Shown here piece after piece: positions 1-13,000 of a stretch of DNA of 64,000 nt. Origin of the DNA: Candidatus Omnitrophota bacterium (GTDB lineage: Bacteria; Omnitrophota; Omnitrophia; Omnitrophales; Aquincolibacteriaceae). The position numbers were made by a program, and so were the translations under genes. How positions within the stretch are numbered: position 1 is the first letter of the stretch; the number at the start of each line of letters is the position of its first letter. The notes below the pieces were generated by a model that saw only the letters and a program-made list of their open reading frames with translations, ran no database searches and was not told where the DNA came from. Where the stretch lies: the NCBI GenBank assembly GCA_030698625.1, contig JAUYMS010000030.1, positions 148,016 to 212,015 of the forward strand. The letters are read 5' to 3'.

Positions 1-660
1 CGTGAAGCCCTCGAGAAGATCAAGCGGCAGAAATTCGACGTCATTTTCCTCGATATCGATATGCCCGGCATGAGCGGTCTTGAGGTGGCAAGCCGCCTGG
101 TCGGTTTTGATGACCCGCCCCTTGTCGTTTTCGCGACCGCCTACCATCAGTACGCCGTTGAAGCCTTCAACGCCAATGCCATGGACTATGTCTTAAAGCC
201 TTACGACCCCATACGCCTCAAGCAGACCTTCGAACGCATCAAGGAGCGACTGGCCGGCCAGGGGAGTTCCAAGCAGCAGCTTCAGGGCCTCGAGGATCAC
301 CTCATTAAGAAGGGGGTGCTCAAGAAGCTCGTCGGCCATACGCGGAACACCAAGGACAGGGTGGTCATTGACCCGGGTGAGGTCTTCTATTTTGATGTCA
401 AATACTCCGAGGTCATCGCCCATTTGGGAGATCGACAGCTCATTATAAACATTACACTTAAGGAAATTATCGACCGTCTGGACCCCGCCCAGTTTGCTCA
501 GACCCATAAATCCTATCTCGTCAATATCGATAAAATCGAGAAGGTTTCCCCCATGTTCAGCGGTAACTTCGAGATAGCCCTGAAAGCCCCTCTAGGGGGC
601 AATATTCCTCTCTCCAGGCGCTATGCCAAGCACCTCAAAAGCCTCCTAGGCGACTGGTAG
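1..660 (+). CDS. LytTR-family response regulator; C-terminal part of receiver domain plus LytTR DNA-binding domain; 5' end cut by window edge
   Basis: Frame 1 is open from nt 1. The receiver-domain tail (FDVIFLDIDMPGMSGLEV...VVFATAY...DYVLKP) is followed by a LytTR-type domain (VFYFDVKYSEVIAHLGDRQLIINITLKEI...THKSYLVNIDKIEKV). Confidence 0.85.
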   Translation, partial: REALEKIKRQKFDVIFLDIDMPGMSGLEVASRLVGFDDPPLVVFATAYHQYAVEAFNANAMDYVLKPYDPIRLKQTFERIKERLAGQGSSKQQLQGLEDHLIKKGVLKKLVGHTRNTKDRVVIDPGEVFYFDVKYSEVIAHLGDRQLIINITLKEIIDRLDPAQFAQTHKSYLVNIDKIEKVSPMFSGNFEIALKAPLGGNIPLSRRYAKHLKSLLGDW

Positions 661-867
661 ACAAAGGGGTCAAGTCTCGACTTGACTACATGTCTAGCAC
701 CTCGCCCGAATTAGCCTCTTATACGTAGCTCAAGTACGAGACATTGACCCCTGGTTGCTGACCGCTTAGCCCGTCTAATCGACCGCCTAGCGTCTTTCCA
801 TCGTGATTTTCACGCTCTCCGAGTATGGTCTCAATAAGAGCAGAACGACCTTACAGGGGGAAAGACG

Positions 868-1029
868 ATGCTAAACGAATACAGCAAGAAACAGAAGGCG
901 TGGAAGGGAAAGCTCGAAGGGGTCTCCAAGCAGTTCGGGGTTAACGAGACCTTGATGGACAAGCTTTGCTTCTATTACATCATGCGTTCGATTTCAGAGC
1001 AGATTCGCGGGGAGAACCATGCTGCCTGA
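868..1029 (+). CDS. small hypothetical protein (53 aa), possibly translationally coupled to the giant gene
   Basis: ATG preceded by a GGGGGAAAG Shine-Dalgarno-like sequence. The stop overlaps the giant-ORF ATG (1019) by 11 nt in another frame. Shorter than the ORF-track cutoff; no recognisable domain. Confidence 0.3.
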   Translation: MLNEYSKKQKAWKGKLEGVSKQFGVNETLMDKLCFYYIMRSISEQIRGENHAA

Positions 1030-4000
1030 AACTGCCAATAAATTTATCGCCTCGCTGATCATCGTCACCATGACGTTGACTCAAGCCGTCCCTTACGGAT
1101 TTGCCTCCGATCTTACTTTGTCGAAGACCGGGGAGTACATCCAAGAGACGGACGCGACGGCACCCGGCACACAGGTAGAAAGCGAAGATCTTCCGCGCGA
1201 GTATGAGGAATTTTTTGATGACAGTTTTAGTCCTCTTTCAGCGTCGGAGTCGGAAGAGAATGTCGAAACAGTTGAAGTTACAGAAGAGGTTAAAGAGGAA
1301 CTTGAGAAACAAGATCTGGATAAGATCGAGCCCGTGGTCCTAGAACTGCCTTCGGGGCCGATCGATTGGGATCTCGCCGAAGACCACAAGCTTCTAAAGG
1401 AAGCACGCGAGCGGTACGGCGACCGGGTTGTTTCCGGAACGGGGCACTATCCGGACCGCAATGCCTTGGATTACCCGACCACTTATAAGTTCTATGATAA
1501 AGACGGCAATCTCATTGCAACCTATGTCGGCGGAGGGCTCGGAGGCGCGGACGTATGGACCGAAGAACCTAAGCCGCTCGACGAGGCGCTTAAGGAATAC
1601 TACGAAAAGCTTTCGGCGTTTGACGATTTCGCCAGCGGCATTGCCCTTAAGGGGATTACGTTAGACGAGATCAAAAAGCTGCGCAACATTCAAGACCGCC
1701 TAAAGGAAGTTCTCGAAGCCATTATCGCGCTCGGTGAAGCGCCCGGCGAAAACCTTCTTAAAGGGTTCCAGGACCGCGTTGTCATGCTTGATGACATTTT
1801 GTCGTCGCGGCCCTTGCTTATAAAGATGGGCGATAAAACCCTCGAGGTGAATATCTCTGAAGCCATGCGCGCGATACACGAACAGTACAGGCGTCTCGGC
1901 CTTGTCACAACTGACGATTTTTACCGGCTGCCGGGCATAGACGCTGCCGACCTCGCAGGTCATGAGACCTTTGCTCAGTATCTCGATTCCCGTCAAGTCG
2001 GTATCACGACCGTCATCTCCGTATTCAAGGGTCTTTCCTCCTACGGCAATCTGACGCTCATTCACGGACTCTTCGTGAAGTACATCGAACAATACGGCAA
2101 CATCATGATGGGCGATGACCGCGATGCCGACGGCTACCCGGAAGTCAATTACACGGTTTTCGCCCGGTTGGTAAACGGAACTGAGATCGCCCGTCGCGAA
2201 GCCTTGGCGACCGTGCATAGAATGATTGCCGAACGGGGTATTAAGGTTCCCTCAGGCGGTACGGAATCGTTTGAGGAGCTGCTTGAGCTCGTCAAGAGCA
2301 TCGACAAGTTGGATGAAGATTTGAAAAAGGTGCTGGGGGATTATATTGATTCTCTCGATCTGGAGGAAGTCTTCAAGCGCGATGTTCAAAACGAAATCAA
2401 TAACGTGATTCGCAACACATACGATAATTTTATCCGTAACTTCCGCGATATGTTTAAAGACCACAATACTCCTCCGGGAGGACTCCTGCGTGAGCACGAT
2501 ATTCGCTTCCCTTCAGGGAATACGCTTTCGCTTGACGACATAGTGGATTTTATCAGTAAGTCCGAGAACCTGCACCAGGTCATGCTGGCGGCTAACGCCG
2601 ATTTCAAAGAAGGGCTCGGTGATTCGAATACCGGTCTTACGAATACGATCCGCCGACTATTAGACAGCAAGATCAGTACAATCATGCACGATTTGATGAG
2701 TCATGTTACCAACACCATCAATGCGCGGCAGACCTTCATCGATGACATCGTCACCGATCATGAGTGGTCGCATCCGCTCCATATCGAAGGGGCGCTCACA
2801 TTTGAGGACTTCTCGAATTATACCGTTGAGCTCCTCAGTCTGCAGCAGTCGATGAAGGACAGGCTTGCGGCGTCGGAAGAGCGCGTGAACGCCGCCAGCA
2901 GTCAATTCCTGAACACGGTTCGCAACGCACTTACCTATAAGATCTCGGGCTTCATGACCCGTACTAAGAATGAAATCAAGATGACTATCCGGACGCGGGA
3001 CACGGAGCTTAACACCATCATTGCCGAGCACAATATTAATTTTTCGAGCGCCCAGCCCGTTACGTTTGAGTGGCTATTAAATCGCGTGAACGGGGTCGAT
3101 GACCTCGGCCGGGAACTCTCGGAAAAACTTCAGGCCTTTAAGGGAAAAATGGGTGAGATCACTAACGACGACGGCCTGGTTAATCTGATTTTGACAGAAA
3201 TGCGGTATCAGGTTGACGGCGCCACGATATGGGAAAATAACAGCCGTATTGTCTTTCCCGGCTTGTACAAGACGATTCGTGAAGGATTAGAGCGTGTTAT
3301 CACAAACGTGAATGTCGAGTTTGACATCGAAGGTCTCGGTAAAGTGGTGATCACGGCCGGTGATTTGAATGCGCTGACCAACGGTCTTCCTTCGGATATC
3401 GCCTCACTCATGCGTTTTCCGGGAATCATGGAAAAGCTGACCGAAGAGCAATTGCATGAACTTGAGAAGCGGGACCGCGAAGTCTTAAGGCGCAATTGCT
3501 GTTTCGATGGCCGCAATGCACAGGCGGACGCAGGCAACCTCTCAATTTTTGGACGCCGGATTCAGCTGACCGGGCTCTTTCTTCAAGCCGCCGGTGCTGA
3601 AGTGGTCAATGCGGACGGGTATGTGGACCGCGATGCCTATCGCCGCGCCCTGTTGATGAACGACCGCCTGGAAGCCCTTTACAACGCCGCCCAGCTTGTC
3701 ATTGAAGGGTCCGTTATGCGAGTCGATGAGCTCGTGCGGGACATCTCCAAGGGAATATCCCTCGAGACTTATGAGCGTTTGTACCAGCTGATCAAAGATA
3801 CCAACGGTGCGGTCACGGATATTATCAAGCTCGCCTTGGACGGTGTTATTCATTCGGCTAGGAGCATGGTGTTGGATATGCTGCAAGACGATTTTAATGT
3901 CCTGCTGCGTAAGATCGACGGCATTTTAGCCGAAGCCCCGATCCAGATCCGGATCGGCGACAAGGTGTACGTCGTCGACAGCCGCAAGGTGCGTGACGCC

Positions 4001-7000
4001 ATGCACCAGTTGCTCAATATGCTGACTGTTCGAAATGATAATAATTACAGTAAAGAACAATACGCGCGTCTGACCGGTGTTACTCAGGAGTTATTGCAGA
4101 CCTTGCAGACAGATTACGAATTGAACGCCTCCCGCCAAATTCGGATCGACTGGCGTGAACCGACTTACAGCCGCGACATGAATCAGACGATTTCCCTGAA
4201 CGAATTTTTGTATCGCATGATTCCCGTAATCCTCAAGAGTTTTGGCGAAGTCATCCTCGGCGAGGATGGGGAAGTCTCTTATGTGAACATTGAAGACCAA
4301 CTGCTCGAAGGAGCCAATGCCCCTGTCGAAAAAGGGCAGGACCTGCAAACCGTCTTCGGCGATCTGGTGGCGAAAAGGTTTAAGGACGCCAAAGAGAAGC
4401 TGCATAGCTTTGATTTCAGCAAGTGGGAAGACCGGATCGCCGCAGAGAAGCTCATCTACGGCCTCGTCTACGGACTCGAAAAAGAAATCGCCTATCTCCT
4501 GCAGGTCCTGAACGCGAGTGAGATAGGCGTCCTGAATGCGGAACTCAACAAGTACAACTACTACAGCTGGAACAGGAGGGGGGAGCGTTTTAACGATACG
4601 GTGTTCGGGCGCCCCTCGTTTTACGCCCTTTGGGAGTATTTCGTGTACCGGATGCTTGTGGCGCCGAGAACGGCCCTGCTGCCCGACGGCAGGGTATTGA
4701 AGATCGATGTCCAGAGTATTCGCTCGATCCCCGGCTTTCCGTACCAGCGTTCATTTGATGAGGAGCTCTTCCCCGGTATTGTCGACGGAGACTTTGACGG
4801 CGCCGAGAAACTGCAATATCTCCATAGCGGCCCGTTTCAGCTGATGAAAGATGCCGACAGATCGCTGGAAGATTTTCTGCAGGCCCAGACGGAACGCGAC
4901 AAGTTCATCATTAACCTGGTTCTGCGCCACTACGCGCACTTGGACGAGATTCCGGAGATCTATAAGGGCCGGCTCTTTGTCGCAAACGAAGACGGAACGG
5001 TTTCTCTCAATACCGAGATCTTCCGCCGCTTGATCAAGGGAATCGACCTGCTTCATCAGCAAATCCTCAAGCAGGTCAAGGAATGGACGGCCGAAGCGCT
5101 TGAAAGTTTACAGGCCCTGAAGAAAGTGCCGATGACGGTAGCTTCCATCAAAGAACTCTATGCCGCTGTGATGGCACATCGAACCAAGATTATGGAATAC
5201 CTGAACGGTCTGACCCGTAAGCATGAAAAGGAAGATGTGATGGAGATGGAAGAGGATGTTACGGCTATTTATAAGGCAATGGTTGACGAAATGATTCACT
5301 ACATGCGCGACAACGACCTCGTGACCCAAGCGGGCGGCCGCGAAGTCGTGATTCCTTACGGGCAACTGACGCAGCTGCTTATGAAGGCGCTCGAAGAGAA
5401 ATTCCCCGGCGAAGATATCTCGGCCCATCACTTCGCGTCTTTTTACGGGATCTCCATTGAGGACCTGCGCCCCGCGAACAAGTTGGAAGAATTCCTGGGG
5501 ATGCAGATCATCGCATTGCCGCGGAACTCACAGTATGTTGAGATCATCTCCAAGCTTTCTGAAATCGGTGTGATGGAAGTGCTTGAGAAAGCCATGGCGG
5601 CTTACGGTGAGATGGCCCTGCGTTCAGACGGCACCTTAGACCCCGAAAAACTGGTCGAGTTACTTCTCGACGGTAACCTCGCGGTGAAACGAGCCAACGA
5701 GCGCGCCGATGAGATCGCTCGCAAGGTCCGTGAAGGCCTGGCCGCGATCGAGAAGCCGCTGACCAATCAGTCGTTCGCCGAAATGGCGACGTTGATCGAC
5801 AATATGAAGATTGAATTCATAAATGTCATGAACGATATGGTTTCCGGATTTGAGCGTGAAATGTTTGATGCCGTACAGTCGCACGTGAGCAGTCTCTATC
5901 AGGAAACGATTAAGCTCAGAATCGATATGCTCACGCAGAATCCGATTCAGATCACCGGGCATGACGGCAGTCAGTTCACGCTCGACCTTCGAGGCATTGA
6001 GTCCGAAGTGGTCGGCCGCATTATGGCATTGCTGTTACAGTTGCCCGAGGAAAAGAAAATATTTGACCTGATTTCCTCGCCGATTTACCGGTCAGAGACT
6101 GAGCCTAGAGTCTTCACATCCAAGGTGAGTTTTGCGAATACCACCATGATGGTAGAGCCGGCTATGGCGCTAGAGGAGAAGGCAGTTATTGATACCGGGT
6201 ATCTCATTCGCCTGCCGATTTACCGTCCTTGGCAGCCTTGGTATCCGTTACCGGGGAATGTTGATCCCAAGGATACCCTCACACAATTTGGTTTCTACCA
6301 ATTGCTGGTGCGTCTGGCCGAGAAGTTCGGGTCTTTTGCTACCGACGAGAACGGTGACTTTTCGCTCGGCAACTTTCTTGCCGAATTGGAAAAGACAGAT
6401 TTAGACCGCTTTAACCGCAGAATCAAAATGTTAGAAGACGAAGTCACTGCCGAGCTCGCTTCGCGCGTGCCGGAAGACGCTAACGACCCGGTGTCTCTCG
6501 GGGCCGTAATCGGTATGCAGGATTACCTCGATAAGTCCCGCGAGCGTTTTCTGAAAGCCTTGGGCACGATGCTTAACGACGATCAGAACAAGAGTAACGC
6601 AATTAGCAGCGCCAATGCCGCGTGGACTCGCGTGATGAATAAGTATGAAGCGCTTATCCTTGAGCGCAAGGTCACCATGCAGATCCATGGCCGCACCGTC
6701 ACTTTTGACGGTAAGGTGCTGCATGAGATCCTGGTCGAAGAGTACAACCAGCACCCCGATTTCATCGATTCTTATAAAGAGGGTGGCGAGACGAATTCGG
6801 CCTACTCAAATTACCGCACACTCTATCGTGACTACGATAACAAGCGTTATTATGACAATGACTCAAACAGTTTTCGCGATGACGCCGAAGATCTGGAGAA
6901 GAAAAATCTCCGCTATCCTTTTGACCTCGGTGAGCTTAAACGCATTCCGGCCATCTCTCACAAGGATCTCGTCGGCTTGGATGTGAATTCCAAGAATCAG

Positions 7001-10000
7001 GTGAAGCTGAGCTTCCTGGCTGATGCCAAAGAACTCCTCAAGGGCAGGCTGAATATGCGGGTCTTCGCGCCCGGCGCGGCGATTCAAACGGTCGGTGTTG
7101 CCACTAGCTCCATGAAGTCCTCAAGCGTCATGGCCATGGCGGAAATGAGCGTGCGTTATGAGGACGTTTCCTACGACAAGGTGCTGCTAGGGAATTATAT
7201 CGAAATTGATGAGCGGCGGGTCAAGTACGTACCTCGCCGCTACCTCGATGTTTCGAAGCGTGACGCGATATTCCGCATGCTGCCGGCCATGATCATGGAC
7301 CATTGGCGGTCTCTTGTGGTGAACGGTGTTGTGGACGCCGACAAGTTCCGGGAATTGCTCCGCGACCCCGAAGGCATGAAGCAGCGTGAAAAGCAACTGG
7401 TGCTGGATTCCCTGAAGAGCCAGATCGAAGCGTTCCGCAAAGCGCTGGTTTCAGGGGATCCTGATATGCCGGCCATCGGTCTCACCGGTATCGTCGAGCG
7501 CGACGGCAACGGTTATTCGCTCGTGGTTTATGAACCGCGTCTCTATAAGTACCTTCTCGAACACACGGATGCCGATACGGGCCGTCTCAAAGCCGATGCG
7601 GTCACAGATGAACTGCTCGCATTGACCAGCCTGACGAAAGACCAATTAATCGAGCGTCCGATCAACGAGTGGCGGGTAAAACTGCCGCATGTCAGTTACC
7701 GGCTGCCGCAGGACAAGATCTACCCGATCTACTACGAAGAAGACGTCATGCTCAGCAGTTTGAAGGCGGAGTCGGATTCAAGCATTCTGCGTTTCCCGAG
7801 CCCGCGTTGGTACGACCTTGTCGGAAAGACCATCAATATCATGAAAGCCAATGTGAGCTTTCAGGTCAATGACAAGGGTGTGGTTGAAGGTGTTATCCAT
7901 GAGGCCGTTGGTGTGACACCGCTGAAGCACGCGGAGCAGGCCAAAGAGCTGTTGCTCAACTCGAGCCAGGCGCGGCTCGCCAAGCAACTGCGCGACGCCT
8001 ATATCGAACAGTTTGTGACAGGGGACAACCCCGACCTGCCGAAGGGCCTTAAGGCCGCCATTGCGGCGTACCTGAAGGTCGGCATCGAAGATATTGTCAG
8101 CATTGCGGCCGAGGCGCGTGACTTCATCAGGTGTTTGGGCGGCAATTGCCCGACCTGGTCGAAAACCCTTTCTGTGTGGGCGGTGGTCGACGGCGTAAAG
8201 AAGCATTTCGCCGGAGTCGCCACCGGCGGCTGGTGGGGATTTATCCTGGAACCGATCCGCGAGCCCGTCTATAGAACTCTCGATGATGCTGTTGACGAGA
8301 TGATTGCCGACGAGAGGCGTGTTGATTTTATGCCGGAGCGCGCGCCCTCAGTTTTCCTGATCGAGACAGACCCGCTTATTGACGGCCGTGCTCTTGAAGC
8401 CATCGCCGATGCGGCCAAGGTCGCCGTCGAACAGATCACCGCAGTGGATTTCAAACGACATGAAAACCGCATTGTCTGCAAAGGCCCCGGTTGCGACGTC
8501 TGGTCGGGCGACCTCCGTGTGACGGTGAAACAGGGGGATAATCCCGAAAAGCATTTCGAAGGCGAGATCGTCAAGATTTTCGAACCGAGCAAACTGAACG
8601 GATATCGCCAATATCGTGTCACGCTGGAAGAGTATGTGCCGGTTCACGAACATCTCTCCCGTATCGACCTTTCGGCATGGTGGGGGGATATTCACTACAT
8701 CGACAATAAACAGGCGGTTATCTATGGCCAGTACGGCAGGAACGACGAAAACAAAAATGGTCACTTCGCCGCGATCGTAGACCCGCGAACGGGCGAGATC
8801 CTGCGCTATCTGAAGGACCGGGCGGGGTGGTTGACCGGGGCCGTCTCGGAGAACAAGCGTTATGCCGCCTTTTTCGAAAATGACAACTTCAACATTAATG
8901 TTCTGATTTATGACCTGCACACAGGCACCAGTACGAGCTACCGCATCGAGAACTACTACACATGGGGCGCGGGAACGAAAAAGGACGGCTATCTCGATTT
9001 CCTGGTGTCGGATTCGGGCAAGATTCACGTCCTGCACCGCGGTCAGATGCCCGATCGTAACACCTACGGGCCGCATGAGGTCCGCGTTTACGGTTCCGAC
9101 GGCAAGATCGAGTCGCGAGTGGCCTTTGAAGGCGATGCCAACGATGCCTATCTGAAACTGGTGATGCGTGGTAACTGGATCTACGCCATCGGCAACCGCA
9201 AGGCCAATGCATCCTCCTCTCACCCCGGCGACCTGATCCTTATTCAACGAATCAAGGTGAAGGGCAACGACCTGGAGATGGGTGAGGCAAGCCGCGTGAA
9301 TGCCGGCATCGAGGCCTGGGAGCTTGACATCGCGGAAGGTTCGCGGTGGATCACCGTCTACGATTTCAACAAACCGCGCTTCACGTTCGTTTACTTCGGA
9401 AAGGATCCGTCGGAGGACAAGCTTGCTGACATTCCGCCGGTCAATACCGCGGGCGGGTCTCAGCAGGCCCGTAATTACAGTGCTTATGATCCCAAGGGCA
9501 TCCTTCTGGTATTTACGCGGTTCTATTATATGAATGAAAAAGAGCGCGACCGTCTCAGCGTATACGATACAAAGACCGGCACGTCGAAATCCTATGATTT
9601 TCGGACAATCATGCAGTACCTCGGGATCGGCGGGCCGGACGACGGCTTCGTCAAAAATTTCGGCTTTTCGCTCAACCTCAAGACGCGCCGCTTCGTATTC
9701 TCGGCCGGGGTAAGCGCTCCCGATTTCTACAGACACAGGGCAGGGGAAAATTATCTCTACGAAGGTTCCCTTGATGATCTCTACGCGCTGTTGGAAATCT
9801 TCGACGAAGGACGCCGCTACCTGGAACTGCCGGACGGGAGCAAGCAGTGGTTCAACGAGGACGGCCGGTTAATCAAGAAGATCGATAAAGACGGTAATGT
9901 CTTTGAAGTCGATTGGAAGACGCGGACGGCGACGATGACGTCGGTCTACGACGGTTCGGTGACGACGTGGAAGAATGTTATCGCTGACAAGGGGTATGAG

Positions 10001-13000
10001 GATGACGGCCGCTATTCGATCGGTGTCTGGTACTTCAAGAATAAAAAAGATTATCCGGACCACTACTTCAAGTTCGGCGGCGAATTTGTCTCACGTGTCA
10101 CCACCGCGAAGAACGCGGCCTATTTCTTCGACGGCCGCTCTTGGAACGGCGATCTCGGCAACGTGATCAAGATTCAAGATGCCGACGGGACGCTTGAACT
10201 CAATTGGAACGAGAAGACGGCGACCCGCACCGACAATGACGGGAATGTGACAAAGTTCACGGATATCAGCGTCATGCAGACCCAAGGCTCGGAGTGTGCG
10301 TCCGGCAGCGGAGATCAATTGACGTTTTGCCCGACATGGATCGCCGACTACATGATTCAGCCCGGGTATCAGGGAATCGGCAGTTACAGCACCCGTGTCG
10401 AGAAGGACGGAATTACTAAGACGGGAACTTTTCAGCTGATCGGCCGCAAAATGGATTCCGCTTATCCGAAGACCATCGTGGTCAACGGTAAGACCGTGAT
10501 TGTCGATATGGAAGCGCTCGTGGAAGCCTTAAAGGCCGCTAAGAACAAAGCGCGCTTTGATAGCGGCGTCCTTTGCTTCGAAGGCTGCGGTGATGCTCAG
10601 GACCTCTTCCTGCTTCAAGGTGTTAAAGACGTCTTTGCGATTGAAGAATTGAACCGCTTTGAGCATAATCCGCGCCCCAGATTCCTGATCGTGGGGCCGA
10701 CCTATTCACGGCAGGGCTGGATCGATTTTGCGACCGAACTGCTGCGCCGCTATGATGAAAAGGGTCTTGATATCTTTAATGCAATTAACCGGTTGATGAT
10801 TACCGACGTGTGGCCGCCGCGGCCGTTTCATTCACAAGTCAATAACGATAAGGTCATGGACATTGTGCTCAGAGGCATTGAACAGGCCGATCCGCGTGTG
10901 GCGCGTATGCGTAAAGTAATTCTCTCAGATCTTGCCAAGTCTTACGGTCTGAAGAAAGTGGAACAGTGGTACGCGGAGGGCCTTGTGCGGATCAAGGTGG
11001 ACATGAAGTCGATGACGGCACACGTTGCCTTCGACAAGACTCTGCAGGAGCAGAGGATTTCCGGGCCGCTTGTCGATCCGCTCGGCGAGTTCATTGTGCC
11101 GGCCGCGATGGAGTTCAATTTTAAGGAAGTGCCGGATTCACGCATCAACTGGTTCACCGTTGCGGACCCGGTGCCTGCCGTTCTGGAACTTGGCGGTATC
11201 GCATTAGACGTCAAGAAAGTCACCGGTACGGCGCTTATGGCCGAGAAGAGTCTAACGATTCAGCCGGCGATGCGGCTGATGCTGACGGGCGCCGCCATTG
11301 TCTATCAGAAGAGTGCTCTTCAGTTGAACTCATTCAGACAGGAATTCAAGGTTGGGCGTATCGAGGTCAGTTACGATACAAACACTTGGAATAACAACTT
11401 GCCGTCTCTGGTCAACATGTACGACGAGTCCGGGAACCGCGTCAAGGTAATCAATATGAACGGCTTTCAGGGAAGCTATGAATGCGCCTTCGGCGAAGAG
11501 TGCGCCTTTGCCCAGGTCGATATCTGGCCGCCGAGCGCGTCTACGCCTCGTCCGTTGATCTATTACCCCGGGAACGATGACATCACGCACCGCTTTGTTC
11601 AATTCAGGCATGGCGATTTTGACAAAGGAATTGAGTCAACCCTGGAGTATCAGGGTAAAGACAGCGTTACGCTCGCGGTGATCAATACCTTTCAGTACAG
11701 AGACGACGGGTCGCTTGAAACGATCACGCGCACCGGCCCGGATGGGGAACTCTCCAAAATTGAATTAGATACCACGACAGGTGATGTCGCTGCAAGGCCC
11801 GCTCCGGGCTCGCGGGTGGCGTTGATCACGCGTGCCGACGGCAGACAAAGGAACATCTTCTTTAAAAACTGGGAAGAGCTGATTGACCGCACCCGCCAGT
11901 TTGAGTCCGAAATGGAAGATCCCCGGGCGGCTCAAGTGAGGAAGCTTGTCATAGCGGGTCTTGACTCTTACGGGATGACCCGAGAAGAGATTGAGCAGTG
12001 GCTGGAAGCGGGCCTTCTTAAGATCGAGGTTGATTTAAAGAAGAATCAGGCGCGGGCCGTCTTTAGTGAAAAGCTGCAAGGCCGCAGGTTTGAAAATGCC
12101 AAGGTGCATCCTTTGGGCGCGTTTATCGTACCGGCCGCAATTCAGTTTACGTTCAAAGAGGAGGAGCCCTTTTTTCTCTCGATCGCGCCGGTGGTAAGTC
12201 GCGATGGCGAAAAAGAAGCCGTAGATGTTGAGTATCCGTTAGATCCGGGCTTGATTAAGCCTCTGTTGCCGTTCCGGAAACAATTGATATTGGCTTCGGC
12301 AGATATTCAGTACGAGGCAGGCGGCGTTTATGGGCGCATGAGTGTCGATTATTCTGACACCGGCCGCCTTGCGAGTGTGAAGATTTACAGCGCGGGCGAG
12401 CTTGTCAAAGAAGTCAAGTATCAGTGGTTCGAACCTTGTAACCGTTGGGGGATGTGTCTAGAGTCGATCTGGAACGATTCCGCCACAGTGTACTACCCGC
12501 AATCCACGGACATTACGCGTAGGAGAGTTGACTGGAATAGCGGCGGCTTGATGACACTCATGATTCCCTCGGGCGCGATTACAGGTGTTCAGGAATTCGG
12601 TTTGGATGAATCCGGCAAGGAAGTCCGGCTCTTCACCAACGAGTATAAGTATGGAGGTAACAATGTTCTCTATGAGGAAGACGTAGACTACGAACCCATC
12701 GGCAGTGTAGAAGACTACGAGTTGACGAAAGTGGTCACACCGTATCTGTCTAAGATCGTCCGCAGAGATGCAAAGAACAACGTCATTTCCACGATCGATA
12801 TGCGGCCGTTTTTAGAGAAACCCGAGTTCGATATGAATCAGGACGGAGTCGTCGATCAGGCCGACGCGCAATTCATGCGCCTTGCCTTAGAGATGGCGGA
12901 GGGAAAGGCAACGGGCGATCTGAATTTCGACGGCGTTGTGGATGCGAAGGACCTGAGGCTTTTTTACATCGGCCGTTATGCGGTGATCCGCCTTGCCGAC

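Noticed and set aside
669-686. Palindrome GTCAAGT-CTCG-ACTTGAC just downstream of the LytTR gene stop
   Set aside because: It could be a weak terminator or operator, but no U-tract follows it and a single short palindrome is within chance expectation. It is recorded but not called.
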